NCBI GenBank assembly: GCA_951406725.2
Contig: OX597826.1
Span: 68,014,001 to 68,078,000, forward strand
DNA from: Octopus vulgaris
Lineage: Eukaryota
Direction: 5' to 3'
DNA: 64,000 nt
A model generated the notes under the pieces. It was not told the origin of the DNA. It searched no databases and saw only the letters and a list, made by a program, of their open reading frames with translations. Made by a program: the position numbers and the translations under genes. Shown piece by piece: positions 54,661-64,000 of this stretch. Numbering within the stretch: the first letter of the stretch is position 1; every line of letters starts with the position of its first letter.

Positions 54661-54793
54661 TATATAATATTAATTCGAGACAAAACCACTATTTTGCAAA
54701 TCAAACAAGGAAAGACTTAATCAATACATAAAAAATTTCAATATAAAGTAAATAAATATTTATTTATTTACTTTATTTATTTATTTATTTATT

Positions 54794-54824
<31 letters not shown>

Positions 54825-54912
54825 CTTTATATTAACATTTTTTATGTATTGATTAAGTCTTTCCTTGTTTGATTTGCAAAATAGTGGTTTGGTCTCGAAT
54901 TAATATTATATA
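54661..54912. repeat. Inverted repeat, about 98-bp arms around a (TTTA)n spacer
   Basis: tatataatattaattcgagacaaaaccactattttgcaaatcaaacaaggaaagacttaatcaatacataaaaaat...taaagtaaataaata and its reverse complement ending at 54912; few mismatches. Confidence 0.95.
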
Positions 54913-55008
54913 ATATTTTACTATAAAATTGGATTTAATCCTAAATCTGATTTTTTTCCCTGTAATTTTGGATTTATTCCCTAATATTTATTATACATAT
55001 ATATATAT

Positions 55009-55200
55009 AGTTGAAATTTATAGAGGAAACAAAAAACGAAAGAGTGTATGAAAAACAAAGAAATGTATTCAGTTTCATGCTCGGGAAAAATGGAGAAGTC
55101 TTTCACGTTTCGAGCTTACGCTCTTCAACAGAAAGGAATAACAGAAAATGAACGGAGGGAAAATGAAGAAAACTTATAGAATTCAGCGGTCCAGCATGGT
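55009..55200 (-). mobile_element. HHR-like short element family E, copy 4
   Basis: Reverse complement of 55100-55135: cttt-ctgttga-a-gagc-gtaa-gctc-gaaa-cgtg-aaag. Confidence 0.8.
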
Positions 55201-55904
55201 GGTGGCTACCGCCAATTTAAAACCAACATGGAAATAAGTTACCGTCACTAAGAGTGACAAGGGTGCAGTGAACAACAGCATTGCTAGAAATAGGAGTCGT
55301 AGACTCCTTAGTCACAAAAGCATATGGTCCCTTTGTATTGAGACGGGAGAAAACCCTTTCGAATCTGACCGATTTGCATTTGATTAGCATGGTAATTTCG
55401 TATAGGAAATTAATACCCATCAGTAGTACTCACTCCATCACAGCTGGTAGAGGATAACTCACTCCTTTCAATATTATGGAGAATGCCATCGTGACTGGTT
55501 TCACAAAGTAGCAATGTGACAATTATAAATGAATCAAGGTGACAGGAAATTATTTAAACCCAACAAAGAAATAATTCATCGTCACTATATATAAATTGAG
55601 GCAGGGAGGAAGAAGGCATAGCATTTGATCGCAACATCTTGTAACCATATTTCCTTTATAGAAATCATACAGATTGCAGTTTAACGTTTGATACTAGGCT
55701 GTTCTAAATTCATGGAAATATTGCTTATGATTTAAAGCATTGTTATTAAAATTTTGAAAACTTGACAGGTGATGCGTTGGATGTGATGAATAACCGGGAT
55801 GAGGGATGGAATGAGGGTCAGAATTTGATAACTTCAAAAGATTCCTTTATTCATTACTTCATTAAAGATTGCAGTTTTGGCTGTGCAAACTTAATCAAGA
55901 GTGG

Positions 55905-56227
<323 letters not shown>

Positions 56228-56368
56228 GTATATTATGTATTTCGGCAATTTGATTAGCCATTATATATTGTACTACATTAAGAAAATTATTATTTAATAA
56301 TTGATTAAATAATTAAATGAAATTAGATATGAAATTCGCCATAATTGTAATGCAGTAATCTTGAATAA

Positions 56369-56816
56369 ATCCTGGAAAGTTCCGAGGAAAGGAAGGACAC
56401 TCTGGAAAGTCCCAAGGAAGGAGAGAAGGTAAATGACAGTTCCGAGGAGGAGGTAAAGTACCATCTGGAAAGCTCCGGGGAGGGGAAGTACTTCCTTGAA
56501 AGTGCCAGGGAGGGGGTGGAGGGGTGGAATGAATGCCTGGAAAATACTGAGGAGGGGGATGTACTTCGTTGAAATTTCCAAGGATGGGAGGAAGTAGTTA
56601 CTGGAAATTTTCGAGAGGAATGGTTTCCTGGAAAGTCTCGAGGAGGGGATGTACCACTTCCTGGAAAGCTCCGAGGGTTCTAGTGGGACATCTGTGTGTA
56701 CGGGGACGAAATTTCCTAGAAAATCCGTGGGAGGGGACGAGATTACCTGGAAAATTCCGACTGGGATGAGACATCATGGAAAATTCCGAGGGATGGCGGA
56801 ATGAATTCTTGGAAAT
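56369..56816. repeat. Degenerate G-rich minisatellite, about 30-33-bp unit, about 14 copies
   Basis: Recurrent cctggaaa(g/a)ttccgaggagggga...actt motif. Confidence 0.88.
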
Positions 56817-57131
56817 TGTAAGCCCAGTACTTATTCTATCGGTCTCTTTTGCCGAACCGCTAAGTGACGGGGACGTAAACACACCAGCATCGGTTGTCAA
56901 GCAATGCTAGGGGGACAAACACAGACACACAAACATATACACACACACTTATATATATATATATACATATATACGACAGGCTTCTTTCAGTTTCCGTCTA
57001 CCAAATCCACTCACAAGGCATTGGTCGGCCCGGGGCTATAGCAGAAGACACTTGCCCAAGATGCCACGCAGTGGGACTGAACCCGGAACCATGTGGCTGG
57101 TTAGTAAGCTACTTACCACACAGCCTCTCCT
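56817..57131 (-). mobile_element. SINE family D (3' end missing)
   Basis: Colinear with 37355-37766. Confidence 0.92.
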
Positions 57132-57481
57132 GATTTTCATTTAACAATTTCCATGCATCAAACCGAAGCATTCCCAAAATCCGACAGGCTTTGCTACTTT
57201 TAAGAAACATTAGTCTCAACGAATTAGTTAATACAATTACGACACGAGCCTTTCAACGGCCTGTAATTTGGTGCTTAATATAAATAGAGAAAGATGAAAA
57301 TAAATATGTGTCAGAATAAAATTAACTGTGTGGTTAATATGAACGATTTAACCCTTGAAATCGGTGCCTTGACAAAGCCGCGGTCCATTAAGTGTAATCC
57401 GTCAAAGAATAAAACAATAGATAGAAAATGTGACAGCTCAGCAGAGAAGCGCGTACATACATGCACACATACATACATGCA

Positions 57482-57523
<42 letters not shown>

Positions 57524-57525
57524 TA

Positions 57526-57566
<41 letters not shown>

Positions 57567-57693
57567 ATATATGTATAATATATGTATATATCTAAAATAT
57601 AGAGGCTGCTTTCATCTTTTTTATTGCTGCTGCTTTAAGTGTTAATGGACTGCGGCTGTATGGGTGTATGTGTGTGCTTGTTTGTTGCGTATA

Positions 57694-57737
<44 letters not shown>

Positions 57738-57863
57738 GTGTATGTATGTATAGAGAGACAAATAGAAGAGAGAAAGATCAATTCCTATATATATATATGA
57801 ATTCATAACTCTTTCTCCCTCTTCACACACACACACACACACACACATATAGATGCATGGGTT

Positions 57864-57946
<83 letters not shown>

Positions 57947-58412
57947 CAGTTAGATAATTACGTCTGCGCGGGCGCGTATGTTTCTTTCATAACTAAAAAT
58001 ACAAAGGGATGTTATTGTATGTCTTGTATTACCAGCTTTAGATGACTGTACTCATTACTGGTTTTCCAGAAATAATAACGAATTACTCCCACGAAGCTAC
58101 TAAAGAAATAACTTGCAAGTGTAACAACAAATGATCGTCATGAAATTACTAGGCAGACGAACATAACGTTGTGTATACGTTATCTGCCATGTCACATAAA
58201 AATGGAAACAAGTCTGGTTAGAATATTTCTCTTTCCTATCAAAACGCATTTACCGAAGAGACCAAATAATCTAACGTCACATAACTTTAGCGTGAAAATC
58301 ATTCGAAGGTAGATTTTTTCCCCCCTTCTATTTGTTTCCTTTTACTTGGTAGTCTTTCCGAACAGCTTAACATTGTACTAGTTATGCAATTGAGTGATTA
58401 TATGCAAATGCA

Positions 58413-58571
58413 GACATGGCTATATGGTAAGAAGCTTGCTTCCCACTAACATTGATCCCGCTTCAATCCCCCTGCGTGGCACCTTGTCCAAGTGTCCTTT
58501 TACTATTAGCCTCGGGCTGATCAGAGCCTTGTGTATGGATTTGGTAGACAGAAATTGAAAGATCCTATCGA

Positions 58572-58572
<1 letters not shown>
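58413..58572 (+). mobile_element. SINE family D 5' half
   Basis: atggctatatggtaagaagcttgcttccc...ctgcgtggcaccttgtccaagtgtc...ggatttggtagacagaaattgaaag, running into its internal (TA)n. Confidence 0.85.
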
Positions 58573-58614
<42 letters not shown>

Positions 58615-58615
<1 letters not shown>

Positions 58616-58790
58616 GCTAACCACAACACATTCTTTATTTTCTCTCCTTGTTTCTTTCTGTGTTCCTTTCTGTGGAAAAGCATAGGATCGAAACGTTAAA
58701 GACTTCTTCCCTTCCCGAGTATTATACAAATACATCTGTTTGTTGTCTACACCACCTGTCTTCGTATTTTGCTTTTTGTTTTGTTAATTC

Positions 58791-58794
<4 letters not shown>
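58615..58794 (+). mobile_element. HHR-like short element family E, copy 5
   Basis: 58666-58701: cttt-ctgtgga-a-aagcataggatc-gaaa-cgtt-aaag; between (TA)n tracts. Confidence 0.8.
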
Positions 58795-58834
<40 letters not shown>

Positions 58835-60329
58835 TATGTATGACCCGACGGGATCCTTTGGTGTTTTATCCGTTGTAAATTTACCCTCTAGTATTATATA
58901 TAATAAATTCACCGGATATTATGTTATATGTTGAATTAAATTGCATTGCATATGCTATAAGCTATGTGATATGCTATATATAATTCTATCCCATCTGAAC
59001 CCCTACCTAGTTTGCCTGACTGCATCCTATTGTGGTAATTGTACAGCATCCTTTCTGTGATGTTTTACCCTATATTATGTATATTTGTAGTGACTTTATA
59101 TAACTAAGTCTCCTTTCGACTAAATCACATACCCGCTAGAAACTATAAAATCATACATACAATAACACCTGTAATATTATAACTTATATCATCTCTTCGA
59201 TCCTAATACCTTAAATTGCCCTCACTACTTCCGTACCCCTTGCCCCCACTTTTCGGGTTACCTGTATTTCTATCTTACTTCTACTTTTAATCTCATCGCT
59301 TTATATGTAGGTTACATGTATTTCTTAATATTTTCTATAAATTCTTATTATTTTGTTTTCTTATTTTGATATCCTTACCTATTAACATCTTATCCCTTAT
59401 AAATTTTCATTTTTCTCGTTCTTAAATAGATATTGTTCAGTACATAAATCTATGCAAGGTGGTTATACTGTATCCATATAAACGTATAAATATTTGTGTA
59501 TGTGTATATATGCATATTTGCACATATATAAATGTGTGTGTATCTGTATGTATCTTTACTTTATTCTGATTCATGGCTTAAAATTAATAGATAGTATGCA
59601 TATATTTCCAGTTATTCCATAAAGAAAATGCCCTGAGCAGTCTTTATAGAAACCATCTAATAAGTAAGTAATTAAGTCCATAAATGTATATTAAACTGAT
59701 TCTATGTAATCTTTCCTTTCCAATGTGTATAATTGATATATACACACCTTTTACCTATTTCGGTTATGATATTATTTTTGACATTCTTAGGAGTGGCTGT
59801 GTGGTAAGTAGCTCGATTACCACGCTTGCGTGAGTTTGTCAGTCACTTACGATGTGTGAAAACTGTCAAGACGTGCTTGGAAGCCGTCTTGAATTAAAGA
59901 ACCGTTGAAGGCGCGACTGCAAGGTAGGCATCTGTCATTTTTGGGAGTCAGTGGGGATTTTTAAATTTTTTTTGATATTTTCTATTTTTCTCGAATAAGA
60001 AGTCCTCACTGGGCCCTAGACGTTAAAACAAGTTCTAGGGTCAATGCTTTCGATTAAACGCTTCAACAAGGGCCCCCAACATGGCTGCAGAATAATGACT
60101 GAAACCAATAAAGAAAAAAAAAATGTCTTTATCCTTTGGGGCAGATTATTTTATTTTTCTTTCTTTTCTGTGTGCCTTTGAAGGAAGCAGCTCTGTTCAC
60201 ACCCGGTGAGAGACGAGAGTGTACCCGGTCTGAAGTAACCAGGTCATGCCATGGCACTATGTCACTCTTAGGATTCCATTAGACGATAAACACCTACGGC
60301 ATAGAATGACATATAATGGTTTATTTCAA

Positions 60330-60425
60330 ATGACCCCACTTCTGTCATAAAAGACCATAGGATTGCACCTAGAAGGTTGCTCTTCGACGCACAGGTCTGG
60401 GCAAATTCGTTTATGGACGATCAAC
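60330..60425 (-). mobile_element. 3' tail fragment of SINE family C
   Basis: gaccccacttctgtcat...gattgcacctagaag...tctgggcaa...tttatgga matches 12323-12410. Confidence 0.75.
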
Positions 60426-60431
60426 TACATA

Positions 60432-60654
60432 CCTATTTCTTTACTACCCACAAGGGGCTAACCACAGAGAGGACAAACAAGGACAGACAAACGGATTAAG
60501 TCGTTTATATCGACCCCATTGCGTAACTGATACTTAATTTATCGACCCCGAAAGGATGAAAGGTAAAGTCGACCTCGGCGGAATTTGAGCCGAGAACGAA
60601 ATACCACAAAGCATTTCGCCCGGCGTGCTAACGTTTCTGCCAGCTCGCTGCCTT
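60432..60654 (-). mobile_element. SINE family A, near full length
   Basis: Reverse complement of the 40664-40894 pattern with a small deletion. Confidence 0.9.
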
Positions 60655-60772
60655 AGCATTTCCCCTGGCGTGCTACCTCCTACAGTGTAATGACGGTTCT
60701 GTGCGGTTGTCTGGCTTGCTAGATATAGAAACCAAAATTTCTTCCGAAATACACTCAATGGCACTCCACTGG

Positions 60773-61080
60773 CACTTCGTCGGCTACATCGAGGATGATT
60801 CCAGTTGATCCGACCAACGGATCAGCCAGCTCGTGAAATTAAACTGCAAATTAAACCACAAACACGCGTGCCCTTCACGTAGTTCTCAGGAAAATCCAGC
60901 GTTGCATAGAGAATGACAAGACTGGCCCTTTGAAATAAAGCTATAACTCATTTTATACAAGCTGAGAGGAGCAGTGTGAATTAAAGCGTCTTGCGCAAAA
61001 AGACAACGCGTTGTCGGGAATCGAACTCTCAACCGTACAGCAGTGAGCCAAATACCCTAAACACTAACCACAGTGGGTGC
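60773..61080 (-). mobile_element. Old SINE combining a CORE-like head with the family B tail type A
   Basis: Tail gttgatccga..aacgga.cagcc.gctcgtgaaatt...gtagttctc...gacaag.ctggccctttgaaata as in 28130-28310. The head side has gagcagtgtgaattaaagcgtcttgcgc (CORE-like, as in family C). Confidence 0.75.
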
Positions 61081-61116
61081 AATGAAATATTGAATTATGT
61101 AGTTGCCAATATTTTC

Positions 61117-61427
61117 TTTATGCGCACTTTTTCAAGCCTAGTCATGCTCATGGGCTCGGTTTCCTGGTTTCTGTGGGGTATGTGCCCCCCACCCCAGCCG
61201 GACGCGACGCCAGTCCATCGCCGCGTTACTCAAGAAACATGAAGAAAGAGTGAGAGAAAGTTGGGGCGAAAGAGTACAACACTGGTCACCACCACCCCCT
61301 GGCGAAGCATCGTGGAGCTTATAGGTGTTTTCGCTCAATAAAACGACACAACGCCGGTCTGGTAATCGAAACCGCGATCCTCCGACCGCGAGTCCGCTGC
61401 CCTAACCACTGGGCCATTGCGCCTCCA
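61117..61427 (-). mobile_element. SINE family B, tail type C
   Basis: Colinear with 41229-41540. Confidence 0.9.
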
Positions 61428-62196
61428 AAGTCACCAATACAATACGTTTCAAACAAAGATATTATGGCCAAGAGTTGGATCCCATTCATGGGCTGTGTTT
61501 CATCATAGACAACTATGATCCATACTCAGGGAACAACATCATTCATTCGGGCACCGTTAGATGGCGACACAATAAAATTAATACAATTGTTACAATAAAA
61601 TTAATACAATTATTATCGTTAGATCACCAGCGTTATCACGAGTGCAGCTCCAATGTAATTAATGTCTACTTACGCTGTAATATGGTAGCAAAATCCAGAA
61701 AGGAGCACTAAGATAATAAAAACCACGCACACGCACATGAATACACACATATAATTTTATTTATTTATTTATTTATTTATGTGCCCTTCCTGCATCACTT
61801 CATTTCAAATTGCAATTTACAATTCCAATTCATAGTTCGAGGGCATAATTACCTTCTTTTGTAACAATGATTACTTAAATTTTTCCATAAATATTTATAT
61901 TTTTTTATTATCAGGTAATCAATAACTTCAATAGAACCTTTGTTTCACTTATAGCGCTGCTCAGTCCAGTGCAAATAAAGGGGTCTTTTCCTGCTTATCA
62001 CAAATCTGAAACGAACTGCAGGTCTGTCATATTACTATTCTTCTTGTAAACGGATGGACACGCATACACACACACAAACACACACACACACACGCATAAG
62101 TGTGACGTCTAAGCAGCATACTGATTGGTCGAACTACACATAAAACTTACGCGCTCACCAAACCGTGATATATAACCCACGTTCTTTCTTCATTCT

Positions 62197-62472
62197 TGCG
62201 CCCTTTTCCAGCCTAGACAGGCTCATGGACCCGGTTTCCCGGTTTCTGTGATATATGTGTTCACCCTAGCTGGGCGGGACGCCAGTTCATCACAGCAGTA
62301 CTCAAGAAACAGGAAGAAAGATTGAGAGAAAGTGGGGGCGAAAGAGTACAACAAGGGTCACCACCCTCCACTGCCGGAGCCTCGTGGAGCTTTAGATGTT
62401 TTCGCTCAATAAACACACAGAACGCCCGCTCTGGGAATCGAAACCTCGATCCCCCGACTGCGAGTCCGCTGC
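62197..62472 (-). mobile_element. SINE family B, tail type C, 5'-truncated
   Basis: Colinear with 61117-61427; lacks the A-box. Confidence 0.88.
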
Positions 62473-62596
62473 TTTATAAAAAGATATAATTCGTAAGATT
62501 CGGCTTGGTGGATCCCATCGGAAGGTATTTAAACGATAAACAGACAGACACTCATTCTCAGTTATATATACATACATACATATATATATGTATATA

Positions 62597-63488
<892 letters not shown>

Positions 63489-63491
<3 letters not shown>

Positions 63492-63764
63492 AAGCGCAAT
63501 GGCTCAGTGGTTAGGGCAGCGGACTCGCGGTCGTAGGATCGCGGTTTCGATTCCCAGACCGGGCGTTGTGTGTGTTTATTGAGCGAAAACACCTAAAAGC
63601 TCCACGAGGCTCCGGCAGGGGGTGGTGATCCCTGCTGTACTCTTTCACCACTCTTTATCTCACTCTTTCTTCTGTTGGCCTGCGCGCTAAAAACAATGCG
63701 AACACATTGTGACCAGCGATGTGTTGCAACATCTGATGGTCTGGTCGGTCACGTGATCACGTGA

Positions 63765-63765
<1 letters not shown>
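63489..63765 (+). mobile_element. SINE family B, tail type D
   Basis: Family B head and body, then a distinct tail ctgttggcctgcgcgct...gtgaccagcgatgtgttgcaacatctgatggtctggtcggtcacgtgatcacgtga. Confidence 0.88.
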
Positions 63766-63795
<30 letters not shown>

Positions 63796-64000
63796 TGTCA
63801 CTCTCTCAAATTTCCCTTGAATTTAAAAGAAGAAAAATGGAGCGTGTATCAGTATACTTGCTCAATTGTCTAAGCAAGTATACTTAAAGAAAAAACCTCA
63901 AAGGCAAAAGAAGAGAAGACACGACATGCAGCTGTACGGACCAAACATTTGTTTCGGTTTGAGGTGCAACACTAGATGGCGTCTGACAAGCTCAGCAGTA

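Noticed and set aside
55217-55420. ORF with RFERVFSRLNTKGP resembling a PLE endonuclease C-terminus next to family E copy 4
   Set aside because: The similarity is too weak, and it is not present beside the other family E copies.
63968-63983. CTCF-like motif cactagatggcg
   Set aside because: It is a single imperfect match at the window edge and cannot be supported without ChIP data.

Overview
This is AT-rich, microsatellite-saturated eukaryotic DNA. The SINE, LINE and MITE families look like those of a coleoid cephalopod, most likely Octopus; this is an inference from repeat recognition, not a database match. I find no intact protein-coding gene. Almost all supplied ORFs are translations of (TA)n, (CA)n, (TACA)n, (GAT)n or (AAT)n tracts. 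The rest are mostly decayed transposon fragments: R4/Dong-type RLE LINEs, an RTE-type LINE, a CR1/L2-type LINE, a Penelope-like GIY-YIG region, mariner/Tc1 and hAT. Four tRNA-derived SINE families occur in many copies, along with two copies of a TA-flanked MITE, a 5S rRNA pseudogene and several minisatellites. The most notable unexplained structure is a set of short non-coding elements, mostly sitting in or beside (TA)n tracts, that carry type I hammerhead-ribozyme (HHR) folds. One has a canonical core inside a 61-bp inverted repeat (45154-45204). One has a roughly 100-nt extended stem II and a palindromic stem III (63039-63167). One is a minimal HHR on the minus strand (44866-44909). A five-copy family shares a non-canonical CUGU-type core. 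Several other long foldbacks occur nearby. Together these suggest a population of non-autonomous Penelope/retrozyme-like RNAs associated with TA microsatellites. All folds were done by eye and all family names need database confirmation.
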